Position numbers and translations under genes: made by a program. The notes under the pieces are model-generated. The model was not told the DNA's origin and searched no databases. It saw nothing but the letters and a program-made list of their open reading frames with translations. Shown here one piece after another: positions 15,162 through 22,919 of a stretch of 24,000 nucleotides of DNA; the first letter of the stretch is position 1, and every line of letters begins with the position of its first letter. The stretch is from Methylohalobius crimeensis 10Ki (GTDB lineage Bacteria > Pseudomonadota > Gammaproteobacteria > Methylococcales > Methylothermaceae): positions 276,690 through 300,689 of the forward strand of contig NZ_ATXB01000002.1 in assembly GCF_000421465.1 (NCBI RefSeq), read 5' to 3'.

Positions 15162-16411
15162 ATGCGAACCCTCGCCAACATCGAGGCATTGCTGCCAGAG
15201 CTGGACCACTGCATAGCAGGCGACTTGGAAGACCAGGACCTCGACTTCAAACAGTGGGACCATACCAGCCACGACAAGGCAATCAGAACCGTCGTGCAGA
15301 TGGGCGTCTGCATGGCCAACGGTGGTGGCGGCACGGTGGTGTTTGGCGTGGCGGATCGCATACAAGGGCGGAGCAAAGCCATCCTGGGCGTACCGCCGGA
15401 AATCGATGTCAACCTGCTTAAAAAAGCGGTGTACGACCAGACGGATCCCAAGATCATGCCGGTGTTCGAAGAGCTGGCGGTACCGGATGGCACCGGCCGC
15501 CTCCTGTTGATGCAAATCTATCCCGGCATGCCCCCCCTATACCGACACCGCAGGCCGGGGCACTATCCGCGTCAGCAAAGACTGTATACCCTTAACCGGC
15601 ACCCTCCGACGCAAGATTGGCGTGGAAACCGGCGAAACCGACTACACCGCAGAGGCGGTCGCCCCTGTGGATAACGCCTTGTTGTCCGCCACCGCACTGG
15701 AAGCCCTGAGTAACCAGGCCCGCAAGGAGCGTGCGCCGGTCGACCTTGCTGCGGCTTTCGGATATCGAGCTCCTATCCACCCTGGAGCTGATCAAACAGG
15801 GCAAGCTCACCCGGGCGGCCATCATGTTGGCCGGCACCGAAGCCGCCATTCGGGAATACCTGCCCGGCCACAACTGGACCTTCCTGCAGATGACCTCCGA
15901 TACCGACTACGGCATCCGAGAAGATCGGGTAAGCGCCCTACCGTTGTCCGTTCAGCGCATTGAAGAACTGTTGGTACCCTTCAACCCCATCACCACCTAC
16001 AAACAGGGCATGTTCCACTACGAATACCGCACCTGGCCGGAAATCGCCGTGCGTGAGGCCCTGATGAGCGCTTTCTGTCATGCCGATCTGCGCATCGCCG
16101 GGCCGGTGATGGTCAAGCTGTATGCTGACCGGCTGGAAATCAGCAACAACGGCGGCTTTATCGCTGGTATTACACCCAACAACATCCTGCACCATCAACC
16201 CGCGGCCAGAAACCCCTTGCTGGTCGAGGCGCTTACCCGCCTGCGCCTGGTTAACCGCAGCAATCTGGGCATCAACCGCATGTTTGCTGCCTTGTTGATG
16301 GAAGGCAAAGAGCCGCCCCAGATCCGGGAAATCGGTGAATCGGTGCAGGTCAGCCAGGCAGGCCACGGCGCGGGTTCGCGCGATTACTGGAAGGCTGACA
16401 GTGATCAATAA
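15162..16411 (+). pseudogene. Second AlbA_2/COG2865-type gene, at least two frameshifts
   Basis: The three pieces are collinear with the family. Piece 1 is LDFKQW...GGGTVVFGVAD...LLLMQIYPGMPP. Piece 2 is YTDTAGRGTIRVSKDCIPLTG...ARKERAPVDL. Piece 3 is LRLSDIELLSTLELIKQGKLTRAAIMLAG...REALMSAFCHADL...NRSNLGINRMF. The first shift is at a C7 run (15531-15537). The second is near 15750 and is not in a homopolymer. Confidence 0.75.
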
Positions 16412-16580
16412 CCCCTCCAATACACTCCCTGCAATAGAACGTGCAATTCAGACTATAATTGCACAGGTAATTGCATCGAATGCTATTGAGCACCCGATGG
16501 TTGATCACTATTGGCTCAGGAATTGGCCCCGAGCCATTTTCCGGGCCAATAGCACAGAAGTTGAAGCAGCATGATCCCCT

Positions 16581-16594
16581 AATGTTGCAACATT
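16581..16594. promoter_or_regulatory. Perfect 14-bp palindrome 26 nt upstream of ORF 16620
   Basis: AATGTTGCAACATT. Four TGCAAT/ATTGCA motifs lie further upstream (about 16430-16475). Confidence 0.35.
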
Positions 16595-16619
16595 TTTCCC
16601 TACCCAAGAAAGCAAACCG

Positions 16620-17578
16620 ATGATCACCTGGCTCGATTACTATGTTCATGGGGCCGCCGGAAAGATGCGAATGCTTGGTACGGAAGCCGCTTCCGACCGC
16701 GAAGCGGCGTTCCTGATGGCGAGCGCCGCCACCGGATCGCTTCGGGTAGCCGTTGCGGAGAAGGAAAAAAAACGGTTGGACAGCGATACGTCGCCGTTTT
16801 CGCCGCACCGGACGAGGCCAGACAAAGGGCGGCGGAAACCGGCGACTTCTTCGCCCGCCTCTATTCTCACCGGGCGCTCAGGCCTTCCCATGAGCTGATC
16901 GATCTCTTCCGCGACGCGAAACCGCCCGAGACCCCGGACTGGAAACCACCTCTGCAAGAGGCCTCCTGGTATTTCGATATCCCGTACCGCTGCCTATTGG
17001 TGGGCGAGTATCAGGTAAGGGCCGTTTTTACCCAGCCGACGGCGGATGGAAATATCGCTGTCTTGTGCGTCCTGACGCCGCCGGGCGCGAATGGTATCGC
17101 CGCCCGGTTCGCCTGGCTATGGTCGGAGGAAGACGACAAGACGCGATTGCCTTACGGGTTGCGGGTGCCCGGAGTCGATCCCGTGTCGGTGCGGGACAAC
17201 ATCGAACGTTTGCTCCGACTTTTGGTGCTTTACCACAAGACGGCCGCCAACGAGCTTAGTGTTCCGCTTCCGCGTTTCGACGAAGCCAACGCGGCAGGGA
17301 TGAAGCCCAAAAAGCGCAAGGCCAAACTCAAGACCGCCACCTTGTTTTCGATTCGGGAATTGCGGCCCCCGAACGACCGGCTGGGCCGAAGAGAAGCGCC
17401 CGAAGGTGGAGGCGGATGGCATCTAGAGCACCGGGTGGCGGTCAGAGGCCACTTCCGGTGGCAGCCTTGGGGACCGAAACAGGCCAAACGCAAGCTGATT
17501 TGGATCGAATCCCACGAACGTGGACCACAAGAATCCGAAACAAGACCTATATTGCACAAAGCCGGCAAGCCACGGTGA
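16620..17578 (+). CDS. Hypothetical protein; a continuous product requires a -1 shift on an A8 tract
   Basis: ORF 16620 (frame 0) runs into GAAAAAAAAC (A8 at 16765-16772). The -1 frame is stop-free from 16583 to 17578 but has no ATG, GTG or TTG before 16997. It nevertheless encodes protein-like sequence (DEARQRAAETGDFFARLYSHRALRPSHELIDLFRDAKPPETPDW...). No family was recognised. Confidence 0.5.
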
Positions 17579-17751
17579 CGAATCGGCGGGAACTGAAGCA
17601 ACAAAGGACCGGATTGTCCCTTACCCTTGGCGAAGTCCAAAGGATCTCGCGTGTAACGACCGCTCGCCGCACAACATCTCGCATTCTGTCAACTCAGATC
17701 CAATCTGTTAGCCCAAAGCAGTAATGTCCCCTTTTGTTTGCGGGAGGGGCA

Positions 17752-18131
17752 ATGACAAGGGAGACGATTACGATGAGTCAGCAAGAAGTGGATCGGCTAC
17801 AGATCACTCAATCGGTGGTGGGTAAGCATTTGAAGCAGTGGGAGGCGGCTGATCGGTTGGGTGTGAGTGAGTGTTCGTCAGGTCAAACGGTTGGTGCGGC
17901 GCTATCGGGACGAGGGAGTGGCGGGGCTGGTGTCCGGTCACCGGGGTCGGCGTCCCAATAATGCGCTTGCCGAGTCGGTGCGGCGGGAGGTGGTGGGGCT
18001 GGTCCGGGACCCACTATGCCGACTTCGGTCCGACCCTGGCTTGCGAGAAGCTTGAGGGGGACCACGACTACCGGTTATCGGTGGAGACCCTGCGCCAGTG
18101 GATGATTGCTGAAGAGTTGTGGCAGCGCCGT
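17752..18131 (+). pseudogene. N-terminal remnant of an HTH-containing transposase (ISNCY/IS481-like N-terminus), two frameshifts and 3' truncation
   Basis: The remnant is in three frames: MTRETITMSQQEVDRLQITQSVVGKHLKQWEAADRLGVS / VRQVKRLVRRYRDEGVAGLVSGHRGRRPNN...VVGLVRD / HYADFGPTLACEKLEGDHDYRLSVETLRQWMIAEELWQRR. There is a 4-bp tandem duplication (GTGAGTGA, 17863-17870) and an extra C near 18010. Similarity ends where GC content drops, at about 18135. Confidence 0.7.
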
Positions 18132-18265
18132 GCAGCTGCATGTGATGTGGGATGTATAGCTTAAACTCGGGTGGATTTTGTCTTGACTATGGGGTAGATA
18201 TTGAGTCAAATTCCTAAAAAAATGACTTTATCGCCACAGCCTGCTAAACAATGAGGATCACCGGT

Positions 18266-18706
18266 ATGAAGCTAAGGTTCCTTACATATGCACTAGTTTT
18301 CGCAATTTCTAATTCTTGGGCTGCAGCTGTTTATAATTCTCAAACGGAAGAACTGACTCTCTCGACGGTATCTGTTGATGGGAAAAATTTTTTTGATGTT
18401 GTGCTGCACCTGTCGTTCGCAGATGGAACCTGGAATGTAGTCGAAGCGAGCACTTCCACGACCAACGTTAGTTCCATCTGTGCGCCCGAACACATAACTT
18501 TAGAAAAATATAATGATGTTCCGCTAGGGGTCACTTACGAACAAGCCATTGATATTATAGGTTGCAGCGGTGAGTTGATTGCGGAAGGCATTGATCCTGA
18601 AGATGGTAGCGCTTTTCGAAGCTATCACTTTGAATCCGGAGCCAGTAATTTCGATTTGTCGTTTAAAAACGACTCGCTCGTATCGAAAAGGCAAACTATT
18701 CAATAA
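18266..18706 (+). CDS. Secreted small protein with a BLIP-like/DUF3862-like C-terminal domain
   Basis: The signal peptide is MKLRFLTYALVFAISNSWAAA. The C-terminus ITLEKYNDVPLGVTYEQAIDIIGCSGELI...FDLSFKNDSLVSKRQ fits the DUF3862 pattern. GAGGA lies 8 nt before the ATG at 18266. The local composition is low-GC. Confidence 0.7.
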   Translation: MKLRFLTYALVFAISNSWAAAVYNSQTEELTLSTVSVDGKNFFDVVLHLSFADGTWNVVEASTSTTNVSSICAPEHITLEKYNDVPLGVTYEQAIDIIGCSGELIAEGIDPEDGSAFRSYHFESGASNFDLSFKNDSLVSKRQTIQ

Positions 18707-18917
18707 ATCTGAAGCTGTCAAATAAACCGTGTAACTGACATTCACATAGGCACCCGATCCCCAAATAGAATGACAACTGGTTGAGCGGGCAGCCATGGGG
18801 GCAGGGCTGATGCGGGTTCACGTGGATCGGCTCCCGTTGCCTCTTCGCCACATGGGCAGCTCATCCACAGAACCCGTAAGATTTTTCTGGTCAAAACCAT
18901 CAAGCTTCCCGCCCTGC

Positions 18918-19070
18918 CTACCGCTCCAAACAGCAAGTCATCATATAATCATCGTAGTAGTAACCATTTCCCGCATCGCTGATTTCGGCCTTGGCGATGA
19001 TAAAGCCGGCTCGCAGATAGGCGCGGACGGCCTGGCGGTGAAGTGGTTCAATGGATGTGACCAACCCAGT
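18918..19070 (-). pseudogene. Possible C-terminal remnant of a GNAT acetyltransferase
   Basis: The minus-strand frame reads ...IEPLHRQAVRAYLRAGFIIAKAEISDAGNGYYYDDYMM...*, resembling the N-x-x-A-x-x-x-Y-x-x-x-GF end of GNAT proteins. No N-terminal part is present, and the fragment abuts the stop of the TraI_2-like gene. Confidence 0.35.
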
Positions 19071-20155
19071 TAAAGGATAATACGATGAAGGAGAACTTCA
19101 GGATCGATCAATACACCGGCAGACCGTCCTTTCCGACCGCTATCCGCAATTTCAATCCGGTACATGTTGAGACCGTCCGACGTCCGCTGGTGGAGACCAA
19201 GCTTGAGGAAACCTTTTTGCACCTTTTCCCAATCAGGCGCTTCCATCCCGTACGACGCCGCGCACTCTGAAAACTTCCTGAAAATCCCCGGGCTGACCAG
19301 AAGCATCCCTTCGGGAACCATGCGGACGAGCGCATCCGGGGCGTTGCCCTCGAATTCGCCGGATTGAACGCCTTCCGACAACCAAGCCAAAAATCGCCTG
19401 CCCAACTCCTTGTTTGTAATCTTTCCAGATGCAGACACCGCAGATGCCGCCTTTTCAATGGAGCCAGGCGATCGTGAATCGTTCCGATCGTCATTCCCGC
19501 CGGATACCGTGGCGATTCGACCGACATCTTGCCCGGGTTCCGTTTTGGCCGTGACTGTATCGCTAACCGGTTCCGGCGCTGACAGCGGCGGCAGATTCAA
19601 CCGGTGGCAGGCCCTGTCGAGAATTTCCCCCAATACGCCGGCCTCGGATAAATCGCCGCGAACGACGGCGCACCATTGGGCATACGCTTCGCGATCCGAA
19701 GACAGCCAATCGGCGCCCTCCTCACCTAGAATGCGGAAGGCATACTCGTCGGCCGGGGCGGGTTCTCCCGCTTCAATCCAAGCGATTCCGTGTATCACAG
19801 AAGCGCCGAACACCGCATAGGTCCATAGATCACGCCGATGGCCGGCGGTTTCGGGCGGTGCGCCGGGCGGAAGCACGTATCCCAAACGCAGTTTCAGGGC
19901 CGTGGCGGCAACCGTGAGCGTCCGCTCGAGAATATGGCCCGGTTGAATCCTTCGAGCGGCAGAGGAACCTGCCCGACCGTACTCCGCGATCCGCCGCAGC
20001 GGCGGGAGATAATAGCGGTCGAAGTGCTCGGGAGTGGTCCCGACCAACGCCTCGATGCGGTCGATCTGCCGCTGATGGACATGAAGCGGTTCGGCGGACG
20101 AATCGTTGTTGGCACCGACGGGATACTTCACCCTCAATAAACGCAAGCGCTTCAA
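19070..20155 (-). CDS. TraI_2-like protein (MobH-relaxase-related N-domain plus TraI_2_C domain), short, with degenerate HD motifs
   Basis: EHFDRYYLPPLRRIAEYG...ILERTLTVAATALKLRLGYVLPPGAPPE...DLWTYAVFGASVIHGIAW is collinear with the PFGI-1-class relaxase N-domain. The C-terminus FLAWLSEGVQSGEF...MLLVSPGIFRKF...VQKGFLKLGLHQRTSDGLNMYRIEI matches the TraI C-terminal domain. The start is uncertain: TTG at 20155 overlaps the upstream stop, and GTG at 20131 is the alternative. The part of the 468-aa ORF upstream of 20155 is judged spurious. Confidence 0.7.
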   Translation of the reverse strand: MKRLRLLRVKYPVGANNDSSAEPLHVHQRQIDRIEALVGTTPEHFDRYYLPPLRRIAEYGRAGSSAARRIQPGHILERTLTVAATALKLRLGYVLPPGAPPETAGHRRDLWTYAVFGASVIHGIAWIEAGEPAPADEYAFRILGEEGADWLSSDREAYAQWCAVVRGDLSEAGVLGEILDRACHRLNLPPLSAPEPVSDTVTAKTEPGQDVGRIATVSGGNDDRNDSRSPGSIEKAASAVSASGKITNKELGRRFLAWLSEGVQSGEFEGNAPDALVRMVPEGMLLVSPGIFRKFSECAASYGMEAPDWEKVQKGFLKLGLHQRTSDGLNMYRIEIADSGRKGRSAGVLIDPEVLLHRIIL

Positions 20156-20535
20156 TCCAGCACCGTATGGCCACGGTTTTGCATGCAGCGCCGGTACACT
20201 CTTTTGTAGCGTTCCTCGGCACTCAGGCCCTTTCCGATACCACCGCCCATTCCGGCAAGGCCCGCACCCCAGGCCGCTCCCGTTCCCGGTGCGCCCGCCA
20301 GGGCTCCGACCACGGCGCCCGTGGCCGCTCCGAGAGCGCCTCCGACCAAGGCACCCTTGGCGGTTTCCTGGGCCGTCCCGCCAGAAGCTTGGCTTGCCAA
20401 TTGCCGGCATTCGGCCTGATCCTGGTGGATATAGGCGGCTCGCGGATCTCCGTAGGGATCGACGGTAGGCTGCCAATTGCCGTAGCTGGCGCAGCCAGCA
20501 ATGATCAACAGGACTAAAAGCATCAACAAGCGCAT
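20152..20535 (-). CDS. Glycine-zipper lipoprotein
   Basis: MRLLMLLVLLIIAGC is a signal peptide with a lipobox Cys. It is followed by GALVGGALGAATGAVVGALAGAPGTGAAWGAGLAGMGGGIG (glycine zipper). 127 aa from the ATG at 20535. Confidence 0.75.
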   Translation of the reverse strand: MRLLMLLVLLIIAGCASYGNWQPTVDPYGDPRAAYIHQDQAECRQLASQASGGTAQETAKGALVGGALGAATGAVVGALAGAPGTGAAWGAGLAGMGGGIGKGLSAEERYKRVYRRCMQNRGHTVLD

Positions 20536-20582
20536 GGTTTGTCTCTCTTGATACGATTCGTCATAGGAATTTAGACCATTCA

Positions 20583-21269
20583 TCATGACCCGCCGCTTAA
20601 TCGTTCGATCCATTCGCGGATCTTCATCGGCGACACGATGTTGATGAAACGCACGTCCACGCCGTCCGTGCCCGCCGCGGAAAATTCGAGCGTGCCGATA
20701 TTGAAAAGACGGGCGATCAGCCCCTGTTTCAAGCCGATGGAACGGATGTCCTCGAACCGAACCCGGTGCGTTTCCCGGGCGATGATTCCGATGCTTTGCT
20801 CGACGCCTTCCGGTGTGACAGCATATCGGTGAGCAACCCAGGGAAGGTACAACGCCAGCGCGGACAAGGCCGCCACGCCCCAGCCGGCAAGACGGAGGAA
20901 ACCGATCACCAGCGCCGGATCGAGCCAGGCGGGCAGGCCGGGCAGGTGCATCGCCTCCAGAACGGTTCGGACCGCCAGGACCGGCGCCAACCCAAGCAAG
21001 GCGCCGAGCAGCAGGAACGGTAGATAAAACGGCAGCGATACCCGCAAAGCTTGACGTATCATCACCGGATCGAACGATGTGGTTTCCGGGGCGTTCGTCC
21101 CTTCGGGCACGGCCTTACCGGACCCGGCCACGGCGAAACCGCCCTCGACCTTTTGTATGCGCCAAGACTCGCCGGTCCGCTCGGCGAGGACGTCGCGCAG
21201 CCAGGCCGCCCGTTCGAATCGCTCGAACGGTCGTTGCCCGTGATCCAGAATCACATCAATCTCAGACAT
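20583..21269 (-). CDS. Membrane protein with a C-terminal bacterial PH (bPH_2/YdbS-like) domain
   Basis: Two long hydrophobic helices are followed by YAVTPEGVEQSIGIIARETHRVRFEDIRSIGLKQGLIARLFNIGTLEFSAAG...VRFINIVSPMKIREWIE. The ATG at 21269 overlaps the upstream stop (ATGTCTGA). Confidence 0.75.
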   Translation of the reverse strand: MSEIDVILDHGQRPFERFERAAWLRDVLAERTGESWRIQKVEGGFAVAGSGKAVPEGTNAPETTSFDPVMIRQALRVSLPFYLPFLLLGALLGLAPVLAVRTVLEAMHLPGLPAWLDPALVIGFLRLAGWGVAALSALALYLPWVAHRYAVTPEGVEQSIGIIARETHRVRFEDIRSIGLKQGLIARLFNIGTLEFSAAGTDGVDVRFINIVSPMKIREWIERLSGGS

Positions 21270-21822
21270 TTTGAAACGCCTCCCAATCGGGGCCGATCGC
21301 ATTCACGATCCGCCCGACGGACAAACCGGTTACACGGTGCACCGACAAAATCCGCAGGGCGGGGTGCGGTTCGCCGCTGCGCCGCCAGGCATGCCATACC
21401 TGGCGTTCCTCGGCTTCCGACAACGCCGACTCCGGGCGGCCTTTTCTCCCCGGACAGCCGAAATACCGCCGGATGGCCGCGCAGTCGCTGCGCTGCAAAC
21501 CGTAGAGATCGACCATCAATTGCGTCGGAGCGCCTGCCTGAAACAGTTCCAGGACCGCCTCGCGGTCGCGGCAATCCAGGTCGGCGAGCGCCAGGGCCGC
21601 GTCGAGGCTTTCGGATGTGACCTCGATCTTGATCTCTAGCACCTGGGCCAGCGCGAACAGGACCTTTTGGAATTGGTCGGGGCGCAATCGCCGGATCCGC
21701 CGAATCTGGCGGCGATCCAGACCGAGCCCTTGCAGTGCCTCGGGACGTCCGATATCGCTCAAGCGCGACATCGACAGCAGCAAGTTCAGGTTGAGGTCCT
21801 TCCGGATTTGCGCTTCGTTCAT
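21262..21822 (-). CDS. DUF2857-like protein (ICE/pathogenicity-island replication-region protein)
   Basis: 186 aa. ...LELFQAGAPTQLMVDLYGLQRSDCAAIRRYFGCPGRKGRPESALSEAEERQVWHAWRR fits the remembered DUF2857 core pattern. ATGA overlap with the upstream gene. Confidence 0.6.
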   Translation of the reverse strand: MNEAQIRKDLNLNLLLSMSRLSDIGRPEALQGLGLDRRQIRRIRRLRPDQFQKVLFALAQVLEIKIEVTSESLDAALALADLDCRDREAVLELFQAGAPTQLMVDLYGLQRSDCAAIRRYFGCPGRKGRPESALSEAEERQVWHAWRRSGEPHPALRILSVHRVTGLSVGRIVNAIGPDWEAFQNV

Positions 21823-22295
21823 TCAACAAAATCCTCCCGGATCAAACAATCGACGAGCCCGTCCACCAATTCACCTAGAGCGCCCGTCTGGTTTTCGAAC
21901 CAGGCGCACAAGCGCTGCACCTCCTCGTCCTTCGGATAGCGCAAACGGATCGCTTGAATCAATCGTTCGGTTCCGGCGTCGCAACCGACCGGCAGGTTGC
22001 CGGTCGAAAGCTGATCAAGTATATCGAGCAGAATGTCTTCCACGTCCTGATCGACCATGGCATGACTCATCGGCCACCTCCAGCATCCACGAGTGAAATT
22101 CCCGTATCGAGCGGCTTGCCCCCCCACGGCCAGGCTGGTGCCCGACACATCCACCGGCAACCGCCATCCGCAAGCGATCCTGTCCGCGCAGACACGGGCT
22201 TGATCGGGATCGTCGAACCACGCGAGGATCTGGCCGGTGGCTTCGTAAGCCTTGCCGTCGAAGGACCATATCAAGTCAACGATTCGAGCATTCAT
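21819..22295 (-). CDS. Hypothetical protein
   Basis: 158 aa from the ATG at 22295, which overlaps the upstream stop (TGATG). No family was recognised. Confidence 0.6.
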   Translation of the reverse strand: MNARIVDLIWSFDGKAYEATGQILAWFDDPDQARVCADRIACGWRLPVDVSGTSLAVGGQAARYGNFTRGCWRWPMSHAMVDQDVEDILLDILDQLSTGNLPVGCDAGTERLIQAIRLRYPKDEEVQRLCAWFENQTGALGELVDGLVDCLIREDFVE

Positions 22296-22335
22296 CAAAT
22301 TGCCTCCAATTGCCGTTTTTCGAGCCTCGGGCCGT
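22291..22335. repeat. Copy A of a 45-bp gene-junction repeat
   Basis: TTCATCAAATTGCCTCCAATTGCCGTTTTTCGAGCCTCGGGCCGT matches 23936-23980 at 40 of 45 positions. Confidence 0.85.
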
Positions 22336-22915
22336 CGATCGTTTCGACGGTTCCTTCGATAACTTGCCGGGCCTTTCGTTTGTCGCCGTGCAACCTGATC
22401 GAAGGTTCGCTAGCAAATCCACCGATTCGGTTCGCGGATTCGGCAATGCCCGCCAAATGGGGCGGATATTTCGGTCTCGCGCTTCGCATGGCGTAACCGC
22501 GATAACGGGTCTGGAATTCATTGGCGACGAAGGGCCACTCGTGTTCGGTCTTTCTGCCCAAGGCGATCCAGCCCCCCATATCCTCGATTACGCGATGAAT
22601 CAGGATGTCGTCGAACGCCACGCTTTGGTGAGGCCCCACGCAGCGCACGGCCTTGTCCACCTTGCTCCAGGCCAACAAGGCGCTGTCCGCGGTCGACCCG
22701 CCCAGCATCCTGAACGCATCGGCGGGTTTGGGCAGATACTGGCCGGTGTCCGGGTTCACCACATGGCGGCTCAACGCTTCACGGACGGCGCTCAAGTCGA
22801 ACGGGCGCATGGCCTGCCACCACACGCTCAGGGCGAACTCGGAAATCGCCTTGCCGTAGAAATCGTAGACCCCGGTCATCAAAACGCGGAAATCTTGAAA
22901 ATCCTCGGCGGTCAT
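22295..22915 (-). CDS. Hypothetical replication-accessory protein (possible helicase-loader-type; weak call)
   Basis: 206 aa, starting 4 nt after the initiator-like gene with AAGAGGTGA upstream. The N-terminus FRVLMTGVYDFYGKAISEFALSVWWQAMRPFDLSAVREALSRHV resembles phage replication accessory proteins. Confidence 0.55.
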   Translation of the reverse strand: MTAEDFQDFRVLMTGVYDFYGKAISEFALSVWWQAMRPFDLSAVREALSRHVVNPDTGQYLPKPADAFRMLGGSTADSALLAWSKVDKAVRCVGPHQSVAFDDILIHRVIEDMGGWIALGRKTEHEWPFVANEFQTRYRGYAMRSARPKYPPHLAGIAESANRIGGFASEPSIRLHGDKRKARQVIEGTVETIDGPRLEKRQLEAI

Positions 22916-22919
22916 GACG

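Noticed and set aside
14969-16420. Minus-strand ORFs 14969-15493, 15039-15515 and 15938-16420.
   Set aside because: They are antisense to the AlbA_2-type pseudogene, whose three pieces are collinear with a known family.
18795-19073. 92-aa plus-strand ORF and the 18742-18936 minus-strand ORF between the secreted-protein gene and the TraI_2-like gene.
   Set aside because: They have no ribosome-binding site or recognisable motifs. The region is better explained by a GNAT-like remnant on the minus strand plus non-coding sequence.
20156-20476. N-terminal 107 codons of the 468-aa ORF 19070-20476.
   Set aside because: This part overlaps the glycine-zipper lipoprotein gene in another frame and reads as Arg/Gly junk (GRRRSRSGHGRRGRSPGGRTGNG). 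Relaxase-like similarity begins only after about 20130.
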